Shown here: positions 10,846 to 25,068 of the stretch, piece by piece
Layout: each line of letters begins with the position of its first letter
How positions within the stretch are numbered: position 1 is the stretch's first letter
Source of the DNA: Octopus vulgaris
Lineage: Eukaryota
Reading direction: 5' to 3'
Length of the DNA: 64,000 nt
Assembly (NCBI GenBank): GCA_951406725.2
Contig: OX597824.1
Location: 6,882,001-6,946,000 of the forward strand
Position numbers and translations under genes: made by a program
Notes under the pieces: model-generated
Told to the model about the DNA's origin: nothing
Database searches by the model: none
What the model saw: the letters and a program-made list of their open reading frames with translations, nothing else

Positions 10846-11684
10846 TTTTAATTTAGAATTCTTAAAGTTTTGCAAAGAATATTTTACTTTTACTAGAGAA
10901 GAAATCTTCAAAATACAGCTAGATTAAAAGAGAATGGAATTCATGCAGAAAATATAGAATTATAAAACAAAACAATTAAACAAACCTTTGATCGTTATTA
11001 AGCGCTCCAATTACCCCTAACACCAAGGGCCACCCATGGAGCAATGTATCTCCATTACTATGCAAAATCTGGAAGACACAGTCCAACTGCTTTTGTCGAA
11101 TGTCAGCATGAGTAATGGATGACAACTTCTGGAGTGGTGCCAGAATTGCAGCCTGAAGTTTCTGGTAAAAGAAATTAGAAAATATTCCAAGAATAAATCT
11201 TTTGACAATTTCTTTAGTAAATTTAGAAAATTTGTAAAATAAAATAAATAAACAAAAAAGTAAAAGTCTATTTGAATAAAAGGAATAGGATTATTCCATA
11301 GAAACTAATAAGATTTCAATTTGAAGGCATTTCTTTAAGATTCCTAATCTAATTCTGATATGTGGAGCACTTTAAGCAATGAAAAGAACATCGTGCTTCC
11401 ACTAAGAGAGCTTTTTCAATGATTTTCCATTAGAAACTGATAAACATATTTTATCAGCTGAGAGTTCTTACATCTGGTGCAAAGTTATTAAATTGGATCC
11501 ATTCTTATGTAAAAATCACAGGACTTTTTTAAAGATATCATAACTGAAAACTGTTGCCTGTTATATCTTACGATCTTCTAGGAAGCTTTCGATCCAGGAG
11601 ACAAGATGTGTTTAGGGTTGCATTGAAGAATACAGTGCCATGCATAAAAGATCAACAAGGAAATGTAAATAATTGAAATGGTAA

Positions 11685-11908
11685 ACATGGCTATTTGGAT
11701 AAGAAGTTCTCTTTGCATCCACATCAGTTTCCGTTCAGTCCCATTAGATGGCACCTCGAGTAAGCCTCTGTGGCTGTATTCATAGGATGACCAAAGTCTT
11801 GCATGGGAATTTCGGGGGCAGAAACAGAAAGGAAGTGTGTGTGTGTGTGTATGTATATATGTGTGTGTATAGAGAACTAACATATATATATGTGTGTGTG
11901 TGTGTATA

Positions 11909-11994
<86 letters not shown>

Positions 11995-12020
11995 CTGTGT
12001 GTATATATATATATATGTGT

Positions 12021-12072
<52 letters not shown>

Positions 12073-12123
12073 ATATATATATATATGTATATATATATAT
12101 GTATGTGTATATATATATGTGTG

Positions 12124-12195
<72 letters not shown>

Positions 12196-12424
12196 CACAT
12201 ATATATGTGTGTGTGTGTATGTCTGTCTGTTCTTGTCTCCTGGTCTTGACACTGCATCCTAATTGTAAACAGTGATCGTCAGTGAAAACACTGCCAGGAT
12301 TTGGGAGAAATATTACCTTGCTTGGAAATAAGTAAGGGTGGGCAACAGGAAGAGCATCTTGCTGTAGGAATCTTACTCATTAAATCACATCTGAACCATG
12401 CAACCATGGAAAAGTAGATATTAA

Positions 12425-12462
<38 letters not shown>

Positions 12463-12465
12463 CAA
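11685..12465 (+). mobile_element. Old family-A-related SINE with a ~400 bp expanded internal (TA/TG)n array
   Basis: Diverged head 11685-11830, microsatellite 11835-12230, (GAT)n tail. Confidence 0.55.
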
Positions 12466-12834
12466 TGATAATCCACAGTAATAATGATACAACTATCAGA
12501 ATTAGCAGTAGAGGATTAATTTGATGACAGACTTGTGTGATTAGGTAAATATTAGGGAGACAAAAGGTGTTACAAAAGTGAATGAAAGCCGAGTTACTCA
12601 CCAAGTTGCTATGCAAAGATGGATCATAGGTGTGATTTAGTGCAGCTTTTACTAAAGAAGTTATAGCTTCAGCTCCCCAGCTCCTCATACCTGCATGCGT
12701 ATGTTGACACACCTGAAGAAAAGGGAAGAAGAAAAAGGAAAAATAAATACCAATGAAGAATTGAAATTGATCAAAAGTGGATTTGGGTCTGAATATGTAT
12801 CACATCGTCATAGCAACCCCATTAAGTTACTTGT

Positions 12835-13116
12835 TGCTTGTTCCTTCTTGACCAGTTTACCGTTTTCATTAGCACATAGGTTCGTCACCTGGATGGGATG
12901 CCGGTCCATTGCAGGTGAACTGCTAGATGCAGGAGGAAAGAGTGAGAGAAAGTTGTGGTGAAAGGGTCAGCAGAAGTTTGCCATTACCTCCTGCTGGAGC
13001 CGCATGGAGCTTAGGTGTTTCACTCATAAACACTCACATCACCCGGTCTGAGATTTGAACTTGCGATCCCCCGACTGCGAAGCCACTGCTCTAACCACTA
13101 GGCCATGTGCCTCCAC
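12835..13116 (-). mobile_element. tRNA-derived SINE family D
   Basis: Reverse complement of 62605-62908 (TGGAGGCACATGGCCTAGTGGTTAGAGC...). Confidence 0.85.
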
Positions 13117-13139
13117 TAAGAAAAAAAAAAAAAAGACAT

Positions 13140-13388
13140 GTTTTCTTCTCCAGCCATGCCAGGATCATAAGTGCCGGTTCCCAAATCTCAGTGGCACAGA
13201 AATTCCCCACCTGGATGGGGCACCGATCCATCACAGGGTTACTCATTTGTACCAGCAGAGTTAACTGAAGCAACGTGAAATGAAGTGTTCTGCTCAAGAA
13301 CACAACGCATCACCCGGTCCAGGAATCGAAACCACAGCCTTACGATCATGAGTCCAACACCCTAACCACTAAGCCACGTACGTCCACA
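13140..13388 (-). mobile_element. tRNA-derived SINE family E (V-domain-like)
   Basis: Minus strand TGGCTTAGTGG...GTTTCGATTCC, TGTGTTCTTGAGCAGAACACTT, CCCTGTGATGGATCGG; related copies at 35780-35885 and 50310-50460. Confidence 0.75.
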
Positions 13389-14386
13389 TCAAGTTACTTA
13401 GGCAACAACGTTAATTACCTATTAAAAGCACACTGATAAGTCACTGGCATTTGAAAATCGGTATAACAATGGTAACAGGAACTCTATTGTTTATTATCAG
13501 CGTTTATTCAATTTTCAGAATTATTTATCAGAATAATTATTTTGGTGAAACAAACTGTCAACCCTATTAAGTGTAATTAGGCTGATTCAATTACCTACTA
13601 AAGCATAACGAAGTTAATGATATTTGAAAAACAAAAGACAAAAACACAAAAAAAAAAGAGAAGATACAATACTGGTAATGGTAAAAGGGATATTTCTATT
13701 TATTATAGGAAATTTTTCTATTTTCTGAATTATGCAATTTCTGAATTGCATAATATCCCCGTAATTTCTGGGTGAAACGAGCAGACAGATAAACAAGATG
13801 GATTAAGAACAACTGAGATTTCTCAAATCAAGAGCTCGTCTATGCAGGATAACTGACACAGTTTCATTCGTTTATATAACAAATCTAACATTTCTGATAT
13901 ACGTATTGATTTTGAGCTGAGGTGGTGGTGGTGGTGGGCAGGAATGGAGGACACGCACAAACATTGATCAGAGGTTTTTCGAAAACATCTACTGAAGTGG
14001 AAGGGGTGGAATAATATTTAATGGTTGCAGGTAGATAAACAGTCTGTGCAATGTAATATGATGTAATGGGCAGAGATAAATAATCAAGAACAACAATTGA
14101 AAAGAATAATAAAAAGAAGAAAGAAAATACAGAATAAAATAAAATATAAAAAAAAAACAAAAGATAAGTATTGTTGAAAATGTGATATACAGCACTGGGT
14201 CAACAGACTTGATCTTTTATCAAGCTATATATTGACAACAGCCTCGTGGTTTTCTTTAGCTGCAATAGGTGAGGTAATATTGGAGGGCAGCTCAATGAGA
14301 AAAATATGTTGGCTGAAATACCGGACAATAGTTTTATATACAACTAAATAAAATTCTGGAATATGTAAGAGATGTGAATAACAAAG

Positions 14387-14421
<35 letters not shown>

Positions 14422-15130
14422 GAGAAGTCCACAAAGGTTTCTGAGAGATAGAGTATTAAAACGGGCAAGTTAAGAATTAAGTTGTAGTTTTCCATAAAGA
14501 AGAAGATATTATATTTGAAAACTCCATAACATACAGGTCGCCTTTAGAAGAGTCAAAAAATAAAAGTTACAAAGCCTTTGCTTGAGATGTTTTGTTGTAT
14601 AGCTTTAGAGCTACACAACTACATTGTTGTTCGGGTTGTATTCGTAGACAATAAAAAGAAAAACTTAAAGCAAAATTCAGTGAATGGAACACAGGGTGCT
14701 GTAGCTTTATGATGAATGATAGAAAAATTTCATAACATTTATCAAGAAACGGTCTTACAGCTGTTTCAGGGATATTAATTACCTATTAAGAAAGAAAAGT
14801 AAAATGATAATTAATCCCATCATGCCCATCCATAGTGAATAAGAAAAAAAAGACAAAAGGAATTCGCAAGCTTTCCTGCAAATATCATTGATGAATGAAT
14901 GGATGGATGGATGGATGAACAAATGTGCCGATCACATTCTTTTGCGCTTCATTTAAAAGACAACTTTTGATTATAGAGATGTGCGTGTCTGAGTTTTAGG
15001 TGAGTACATGACACTAGTGTAAGCCATAAGACACAGCTAAAGGGGAAACCAATAAGGATGGGGCCAGAAAACAATTGTTGTCCATAAAACTGTTCAAACC
15101 ATGTGAGCAGTGAAGTGATGATGATGATGG

Positions 15131-15162
<32 letters not shown>

Positions 15163-15413
15163 GTCAGTATATGAATGTACACATCTATCTATCCATCCAT
15201 CTATCTATACCTATCTATCTATCTATCAAGCCATCTACCCATCTGTTTGTCTGTCTATCTATCTATCTACAAACACACATCAACACACACATATATATGT
15301 CTATATATAAATATATAGAGAGTTTACTGTTCCATTACATATGTATGTATGCAGGCATGCATGTAAGTATGTATGCACTTGAAGCAGATAAAGCTATAAA
15401 TGGTAGTAAGTCA

Positions 15414-15417
<4 letters not shown>
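15163..15417 (+). repeat. Direct repeat, copy 1 (copy 2 at 17253-17477)
   Basis: Shared unique sequence GAGAGTTTACTGTTCCATTAC...GCACTTGAAGCAGATAAAGCTATAAAT. Confidence 0.9.
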
Positions 15418-15458
<41 letters not shown>

Positions 15459-16134
15459 AACCAAAATCAGGCACACCTATAATATCTTTTTCCAAGAGAT
15501 GCAGACTCTGCTCTGAGGAATCCCTGTCTATTTTGTAGACCAGTGAGGAGATCATTAATAAAATTTCTTAAAGTCTCTCAAGATGCTTACATGCATATAA
15601 ATGCACTTTCACAGAATGCAGTGGGAATGAATTTGAGTAAATGTTAACCAAATTAATGATCATAATTTACCTTAAGATATGGATGAATGGAATTTAACTC
15701 TAGCCTCCCCATCCTTATAAACACTGAATAGCTATCTTCGTGGATGCTTGTATGAGCAAGTGTACGTTCACTATAGGACTTACACGAGGGGCTTTATACA
15801 TCCATATCTGTTAAAAGTTATATTTAATACTTTTTCCACTGTATTGTGTATTCCTTACTTTTTGATCCTGTATAAAAATGAAGCTGTACCCTTTAATTTG
15901 CTGTTTGTTTTTCTATACACAAACCGAGAAGATATCTTAAAGAATAGCTGTTATTTTAGTGATATACATTTTGTAATCACCTGAAGAGACACATCTACAC
16001 TGTCAGATACACCTAAACCAGTTGTGCAGGATCAGTGCTAGTTGGGACAAAACAAGTGTAGTGATCAAAAAGCATTCTCATATCTGCCATCTTGTCTCTC
16101 AATAATCAAATATGTAAGTGTGTGTGTGTGTGTG

Positions 16135-16310
16135 TGCACTTTTCTCTCCTTTTTTCTCTCATTGTTTTTTCTGTGTCCCTTTCTGTGGAAGAGCGTAGGC
16201 TCAAAATGTAAAAGACTTTTTCTATCCCTGAGCGTTATACTAATACATCTATTTGCTTTGTACACCACCTGGCTTCGTCTTTTGTTTCTTTCATAAACTC
16301 TCCCTGTATA
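16135..16310 (+). mobile_element. Penelope-like non-autonomous element (family P2) with variant hammerhead at 16179-16214
   Basis: CTTT-CTGTGGA-A-GAGCGTAGGCTC-AAAA-TGT-A-AAAG; homologous to 18185-18325 and 20272-20460. Confidence 0.6.
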
Positions 16311-16849
16311 TGTATGTAGATGTATAACTGTGTACACACATGCACTCATATACATATTGTACATGTGCATGCATGAACTTTCCCCTTTTTTGTATGAATC
16401 CTTAATGATGTAAACTCCCAATGGTATCCCGCCCCCCAAGAAAGATAACTCCCTAACAAGGGAGGTAAGCTAGATATAAAGTCAAAATTTCATAAAACGA
16501 TTTGATGATGTGCGAATCAAAATAAATACAAAGTTCAATGCACAATTGACTGCAACCCTGGAACGCAATACTCCAGCTTGATTCAATATTCGAAAAATAT
16601 AATAATAAATTCAGTTTCACCAGCTCGTAAAATTTCTAAAATATGTGTTTCGGTTTTGGTAAATGCTGCTTCAGTTTATCCATTAAAGCTAAAATGAAAT
16701 TTTATTTGTAGATAAAATTTGGTTTTATTGAATAACTCACTTTAGATGTTGGATTAAAGCCAACCATTTTGGGTGTATATCAAAGCTAATATTACTACCC
16801 GATAGGGAAACAAACACGACTTTAATTACGAAGACAGAACACACATACA

Positions 16850-17019
16850 CCCATACATACATACATACATACACACATATATATATATGTATGTATATAT
16901 GTATGAGTATATATATGCATATGTATATTTATATGTATGTATATATATGTATGTATGTATATATATATATATATATATATATGCATATATGTATGTATAT
17001 ATGTATGTATATATGTATG

Positions 17020-17071
<52 letters not shown>

Positions 17072-17147
17072 TATATATATATATACATGTATATATATAT
17101 GTATAAATATATATCTATCTATATATATATATATATATATGTATAAG

Positions 17148-17196
<49 letters not shown>

Positions 17197-17199
17197 AAG

Positions 17200-17241
<42 letters not shown>

Positions 17242-17250
17242 AATATATAT
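16850..17250. repeat. Compound (TA)n/(TATG)n microsatellite
   Basis: Seen directly; similar arrays at 31830-32140, 38920-39130 and 55536-55935. Confidence 0.95.
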
Positions 17251-17252
17251 AC

Positions 17253-17477
17253 GTCAGTATATGAATGTACACATCTATCTATCAATCCATCTACCCATCT
17301 GTTTGTCTATCTATCTATCTATCTATCAATCTACAAACACACATCAACACACACATATATATGTCTATATATAAATATATAGAGAGTTTACTGTTCCATT
17401 ACGTATGTATGCAGGCATGCATGTAAGTATGTATGCACTTGAAGCAGATAAAGCTATAAATAGTAGTACGTCAATAT
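17253..17477 (+). repeat. Direct repeat, copy 2
   Basis: Near-identical to 15163-15417 apart from microsatellite length. Confidence 0.9.
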
Positions 17478-17694
17478 TGGGTTTAAAAAATCCTCAGTTA
17501 GGAAGTAGAAGTTTACTGCATTCCCGAACTTCTTAAATTCTTATCACATAAACAATATATATATATATGTATATATATATACCTATGCATATGTGTGTGT
17601 ATACACTTATAGGTATGCACATATGTGTGTGTGTGTGTGCTTGTACATGTGTATATGTATATAAATGTCTACGCAAATATGTATGTCCTATCTT

Positions 17695-18076
17695 TTATCT
17701 TTTGCCTCTTCCAGCCATTGTTATACTCCGGTCATGCAGGGGTACAGCCTTGAGGAATTTGAGTCAAACGAATCAATCTCACAGCTTGGCACTTATTTTA
17801 TTGGTCTCCTTTGCCAAACTGCTAAGTTATAGAGACACAAACACACCAACACTGGTTGTCGAGTGATGTTGCAGTACACAGACGTAAAGACGCATGCCTT
17901 GTGTGCACATGCACACGTGACAGTCTTCCTTCAGTTTCCGTCTGCCAAATCCACTCACAAGGCTTTGGTTGGCCCAAGGCTATAGCAGAAGACACTTGCC
18001 CAAGGTGCCACACAGTGGGACTGAACCCGGAACCATGTGGCTTAGAAGCAGACTTCTCCCCACCCAACCATGCCAT
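17695..18076 (-). mobile_element. SINE family A (diverged)
   Basis: CAAATCCACTCACAAGGCTTTGG...GGGACTGAACCCGGAACCATGTGG. Confidence 0.8.
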
Positions 18077-18184
18077 GTCAGGAGTATAGAATAAATGTAA
18101 ATAAATATCAACTGAAATAAATATATATATATATATATATATATATCTTGCCATGATTGACTGCGAAATTCACAAGTTTTTTTT

Positions 18185-18325
18185 TTTTTCTCTCTCTGTT
18201 TATTTCCTTGTGTTGCTTTCTGTTAAAGAGCATAGGCTCAAAATATAAAATACTTTCTCACCTTCCTAAACATCAAACTAATACACCTGCCTTCGTCTTT
18301 TGTTTTTCTGTCAATATCAACTGTA
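18185..18325 (+). mobile_element. Family P2 copy (degenerate hammerhead 18216-18251)
   Basis: CTTT-CTGTTAA-A-GAGCATAGGCTC-AAAA-TAT-A; homology to 16135-16310. Confidence 0.55.
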
Positions 18326-18337
18326 TATATATATATA

Positions 18338-19060
18338 TCATCATCATCATCATCATCATTTAACGTCCGCTTTCCATGCTAGCATGGGTTGGACGGTTCA
18401 ACTGGGGTCTGGGGAGCCCGAAAGCTGCACCAGTTCAGTCAGATCTGGCAGTGTTTCTACAGCTGGATGCCCTTCCTAACGCCAACCACTCCGAGAGTGT
18501 AGTGGGTGATTTTATGTGCCACCGACACAGGTGCCAGACGAGGCTGGCAGACGGCCACGCTCGGATGGTGTTTTTATGTGCCACCGACACAGGTGCCAGA
18601 TGAGGCTGGCAAACGGCCACGATCGGATGGTGCTTGCTACGTGCCCACAGCACGGAGGCCAGTCGATGCGGCACCGGCTACGGCCACGTTCGGACGGCCC
18701 CTTGTGTGCCACGTGCCACCGGCACTGGCACCACAAAGATACAAATTCCATTGATGTTCATCTATTTTGATTTGTTTTGATTTTCACTTGCCTCAACAGG
18801 TCTTCACAAGTGTCACAAGAAGGAAGGTATGCACAGGTGGACTGACTACGTCCCAGGTAGGGGCCACAGGTTATGGCCTGACTAGTCTTGCCGGGTCTTC
18901 GGATGGTGTTTTTATGTGCCACCAACACAGGTGCCAGATGAGGCTGGCGAACGGCCACGATCGGATGGTGTTTGTTACGTGCCCACAGCACGGAGGCCAG
19001 TCGGTGCGGTACTGGCTACAGCCACGTTCGGATGGTTTTCTTGTGTGCCACCGGCACTGG
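18338..19060 (-). mobile_element. SINE-like family C with internal tandem sub-repeats and partial duplication
   Basis: (CAT)n start; repeated TTTTATGTGCCACCGACACAGGTGCCAGA units; block ~18560-18750 repeated at ~18900-19060. Confidence 0.85.
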
Positions 19061-19108
19061 TACCACAAAGATACAATTCCATTAATTCCATTATATATAT
19101 ATATATAT

Positions 19109-19161
<53 letters not shown>

Positions 19162-20076
19162 TAGATAGATATACACATACATACATGTGAGTAAATGTCA
19201 ACTGGAAATTTAAAGAGTGCTGTTCCTTAAAGAAGTGAGTTTAGAACTTGCCCCTTTCACACACCAGGAAAATACAAACAGAATTATGTAAGGATGAGGC
19301 TTTACTCAATAAACTACACAAATTCATTTCAGTAGGCAAGCATTAAAATGAATACGCTTCAAAACTTGCTTTGAGCTGCAACAGAAGTAGATATCTAACA
19401 TTGTTACCGTAGCAGAAAATAATAAAGGAATCACAGCTGTGCCAATGCCATCACAACCATAAACAAATGCAACCAACACATTAACCTACAAAAGAGATTG
19501 GCAATTTAGAGACACTAGATATAAAATATTCCTGTGGGAAAAATATCAGTAGTAACAATAGGTATAAAATAACTTATTTATGAGGTAGTCACTTTTAGTG
19601 AAGCAGGATATGATGACATAATCAACAGGAAGATAGAAGGTAACTACATGAATGACCAATAAAACACAATAAAAGGGTAAGCAACTCTAATAAAACAGGA
19701 TATGGTTAAGTAGTTGGGAGGCATAAAAAGGACAACAACTGACAAGGCCAATGAAAAGTGATATGCCTATAAAAAGTTATGTGGTAAATGGTCCAACTGT
19801 GAAATGCATCAAAAGAAATGTAACATGAGAAGGACAGATAAGGACATGGATTGAATAAGTGAAGGAAAGCCTCATTACAAATGGGAATCTGACCAATAAA
19901 AACAAACAACCAATGGAGTAGCAAATACAATGGGAACAACATAGAAACAATACCTTCGTAAAATGTTTAGGAAAAGGTCAATGAAACCAGAAGCCAGAAG
20001 CTAGACACAAAATAAATGATAGATAGATAGATAGAGTATATCTACCTACATACATACATGCATGCATGCATGCATG

Positions 20077-20115
<39 letters not shown>

Positions 20116-20145
20116 ACCTACCTGCCTGCCTACCTACCTACCTAC

Positions 20146-20460
<315 letters not shown>

Positions 20461-20889
20461 CAAAGGCTGTTTCCCCGCACAGCTACAGTTTCCCAAATTC
20501 CATTTACATGGGCACATAGGTGGACATGAGTTATAAGTGAAGATACTCAGCTAAGGCACCACCAATTTTCAGGCACAATTTTTTAGCCAAACGAAAGATT
20601 AATCAGTCCAGCACAAGATAAGCAAACCACTGACAGTTCATATAATATATTCAAGAGAACAGGAAAGGAAAAAAGAACAAAAATCCATATCAAATCCTTC
20701 CTGGACCTTCAGTTGTCAAGCAATGACAGTAACAGGTGTTTCAAAGCTGGTTTCATGATAGAATGCAACAAATTAGAAGGGATTTTTTTTTCTTCACCTT
20801 CATAATGTTTTTATCTCGATCTCAATGTCTGTTTAACAGTTTCTCACTGGAATCGGTCTCTGTGAAACAGTGAAATTTAGCAGAATAAA

Positions 20890-21875
20890 GAAATGTTGTT
20901 GTTGTTTAGCTATAAGCAACCCTGAACTTCTTTGCTTTCCTGAGCTACAATACCCAATGGGCTTCTTGTTTTTAAGATTTTGAGGGACTTTGTGTCATGA
21001 CAAGTTGTTGCTGTATGACCACAAATTAACCTTAAACTTCTTGTTTCCAAGTACCATGTACCCTGGATGATATTAGCAAAAGCACTTCTTTTTAAGATAA
21101 GAGCATGCAATTTTGAGGGACCTTTAACTATCTAGCAAGTTGCTGTTGCCAACACTGAACTGCTTGTTTTCAGGCACAGTGTACCTTGGACTATAATAAT
21201 TAAAATGCTTCTTGATAAGATGGTAGTATGTGGTTTTGAGAGACCTTTATCCACATAACTAGATATTGTTGGTGTTTAGCCACAAAGTAACCCTGATCTG
21301 TATGCTTTGAGGCATAGTCTATCTTGGACAACATTAGCCAAAGTGCTTCTTTTTAAGATGGCAGCATGCTATTATGAAAAAAACATTGAGTTTTATAGCA
21401 ATCTGTTGTTGGTGCTTAACCCCAAATCAAATCTGATCCTATTCTTTTCACAGCATAGTGTACCTTAAAAATCACATGTTACCCTACATGTGATTTTTTT
21501 AAAGGGATTTCACAACTGCCATAATGGTTTTAAACAAACTCCCGCACTGGTTTATCAATACAGCACATCACTATTCCTGTTGTTTAGCCCCCAGGTCAGC
21601 CTTATCAAGTAGCTTTGGAGTAAATGAATTCATTTTAAATGAATAATATGTTCACTATTATGTATTGAGTACTCTCCTCTTCCTTTGTTGACAAACACTG
21701 TGGAATTTGAACAGACAAGCACACCATCCACTTCTTTTTAGAGGTATCACACAACCCTATATAAATCTTGGTTTCACAACTGCCTTATGGTTTTAAACAA
21801 ACTCCCGCATTGGTTTATCAATACAGCACATCACTATTCCTGTTGTTTAGCCCCAGGTTAGCCTTATCAAGTAGA
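20890..21875 (+). repeat. Old degenerate tandem repeats (~130-140 bp) plus a recent ~103 bp duplication (21508-21612 / 21771-21872)
   Basis: Recurrent GTTGTTG...TTAGCC and GTACCTTGGA...CTTTTTAAGAT; near-identical CACAACTGCC...CCTTATCAAGTAG occurs twice. Confidence 0.7.
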
Positions 21876-22898
21876 CACAGGATCAAAAGCATTGCTGCTG
21901 TGAACAAGCTGTCGTTTTGCATATCTAGGACTACCTGTGCAAAAACTGTTGTTACTTTATTGAAACGGCAAAGTGTGACTTAAGAGAGATTTGTCTGTCA
22001 GCAGCACGTCAAACTCTTCACATCAAATCCTACACTGATAACGCCACATAGTCTTGAATGGCAATATCTAAAGAAAGTATGATAAATCAATAACACAGGC
22101 AGAATCGGTAATGTTTCATTTGAAACCTGGGCAGATATCACACAAAGGAAAATCCAGCAACTATTTTAGTCCGATGCCTAAAAGCATCAAAGAATTAAGA
22201 TCTGAAAATGGCAAGTCTACAAAATGTTGATGCAAATAAAACGACTAACATATTTCAAATGGTCAATAAATATATTATGTTTCTTTTAAACATCAAGGAG
22301 TTTCACTTTCGTCAGGTTTGCGCATACATACACACACATGAACACACGGACACACACACATGAACACACGGACATACATATGGATATATGGATACAAGAA
22401 GGGTGTGGAGAAAACAAAGGATACTTTGACAGAATAACACAAAGGACACACAGAAAAGATGCCAGATATAAAATTAACCGAATGATGGTAAAAGTTAGAA
22501 GATAATGCTCATGGGTATTAAGCAGATGTCCATTATGAACTTTGGCAAATAAATACATCATCATTATCACCATCATCACCATCATCATCATAATTATCTC
22601 TATCATCAGCATCATCATCATCATCATCATTACCATCATGTTGATGTCCAGTTCCCACTGCTGCATGGGTCAGATGGAATTGGTTGAAGCAGATTTTTCT
22701 ATTGATGACCTTTAAATGATTCCATGCAACGTAGCCATACCACCATGGTTGGACATGTTTTCAAAGGAGATCGGAACCTGATGACATCACTTGTAGGACA
22801 GTGACACTCTTTTACAACCGTGGCACAGTGTCAAACGACGCAGACAAAACACACACATATATATGCACGCATATAAATATAAATGTATAAGTGTGTGC

Positions 22899-22939
<41 letters not shown>

Positions 22940-23491
22940 CATACATATACACACACACATATATATATATATGTACATACACACACATACATATATACAT
23001 ACAGGTGTGTGTGTGTGTGTGTGTGTACACCCTAGTCACATTTAGTGACAATTATAATTCTTTCTGGTGAAACACTGCAAACTGTTGCTTATATTAAATT
23101 TATATGTATGTATGTGTATATATATATATATATATACATGTGTGGGTGTGTGTGTATGTATATATGTGCATATGTATGTATGTATATGTGTGTGTGTGTG
23201 TATATATGTATGTATGTGTGTGTATGTATGTATATATGTACGTACATACATATGTATATAGTTAGATTGGCCTTGCTTGCTACTGGTAAAAAGGAATAAA
23301 TGTCCCTCTGTGGTTCATCCGCTAATGTATCATCATCTAATGAAATGAATCAATGATGATGATCAACCGGTGCCCATGGACGCTATGAACTATACTGTGC
23401 TTATCCCAAGGATACAGAATCTGCTGTGAAAGTTATGTGAATCTGCTGTCAAAGCGATGTATTAAATATTTATAAATTCCATATATATATA

Positions 23492-23674
23492 TCATCATCA
23501 TCGTTTACCATCCGTTTTCCATGCTGGCAGGGGTTGGACAGGTTGACTGGAGTCTGGAATCCAGGTGGCTGCACCAGGCCCCAATCTGATCTGGCAGACT
23601 TTCTACAGCTGGATGCCCTTCCTAACGTCAACCACTCTGAGACTGTAGTGGGTGCTTTTTACATGCCACCGGCA
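23492..23674 (-). mobile_element. SINE-like family C 3' part
   Basis: Homology to the other family C copies. Confidence 0.85.
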
Positions 23675-23731
23675 TATATATATATATGATGTAATATGTG
23701 TGTATGTACGTACGTACATACATACATACAT

Positions 23732-23785
<54 letters not shown>

Positions 23786-23789
23786 TATT

Positions 23790-24005
23790 TAATCCAAACA
23801 GGAAAACACAAAGAGAAAACACAATAATGCGAGGACGTGGAACAAGTATAGTGTTATTGGATGCTCAGGAAAGGAAAGAAATAAGGAGGATCTAAAGTTT
23901 CGAGCGGAGCTCTTTGTCAGAAACATAGGAAAAGGAAAGATCCAAGGAAGGGAAGACAGAAGAAAAAAAATCGCCAACGGTACACACACGGTCACATTTT
24001 GAATG
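23790..24005 (-). mobile_element. Penelope-like fragment (family P1) with degenerate hammerhead at 23890-23924
   Basis: Minus strand GTTT-CTGACAA-A-GAGC-TCC-GCTC-GAAA-CTT; related to 1170-1360. Confidence 0.55.
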
Positions 24006-24312
24006 ACCAGAAGGGAATGGGTGAAGAAAAAGTTGTATATATATATATATATATATATATATAATGTAATATATGTATGTATGCATGTATGTGTATTTAC
24101 AAACACATACGGGCTTCTTTAATTTCTGCCAACTAAATCCACTAACAAGGTTTTTGTTAACCATGGGCTAAAGTAGGAGACACTTGGTTAAGGGGACATA
24201 CATGAAACTGAACCTGGAACCATATGACTAGGAAACAAACTTCTTACCACACTGTTGCAACTGGACAACATACGTATGTATATATATATATATATATATA
24301 TACATATATATG

Positions 24313-24361
<49 letters not shown>

Positions 24362-24955
24362 GTATATATATGATTCCATGAATTCTCATATTCTTCTGTT
24401 TCTATCTTTAGATGTCCATGCCAGACAATCTTTGTCTATTCCAGCATATAAACAACATTTTCATTTTATCATTACAAATGCGTTCATGGTTGCTTTATGT
24501 GTCTAAACAAATAATCTTTCTCAATGGTCGTTCTTTTCCAGCTTCTACGTTTGTATTATGATTACTAGTATTTACGTTAGTGGTCCACTGTAAACATCTA
24601 TCAAACAAATATTCTTAAAAGATACCTGAGAGATACTTTATAAACTGGAATATTTGGTGAAAAAAATTTCTATGCAAGAAAAAAAAACAAACTGTTAACT
24701 AAAATAATTCTTCAAATATCAACTTTAAGAAGATAGGGACTCACTTGATATCTCGTGAGCCGGTATTTATTTTGGATATTTTTTCTTGGTTTGTTTGTGT
24801 TCTGCATGTCTTCATTACATATACATGTGTGTTTTTATGTGTTTTTGTATGTGTGTTTGTTTATTAGTGTTTGGCTATGGTACAATTACAATGTGATGTT
24901 CTGTTCTACGTTGCGATACTGTATTCTGGGTACACATCTTCTACTATGCTTTTAT

Positions 24956-25068
24956 TATTTCTTTATTGCCCACAAGGGTCTAAACAAAGAGGGGACAAAC
25001 AAGGACGGACAAACGGATTAAGTCGATTACACCGACCTCAGTGCATCACTGCTACTTATTTAATTGAC
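24956..25068 (-). mobile_element. SINE family B 3' fragment, inverted relative to the adjacent array
   Basis: Reverse complement of 25090-25202. Confidence 0.9.
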
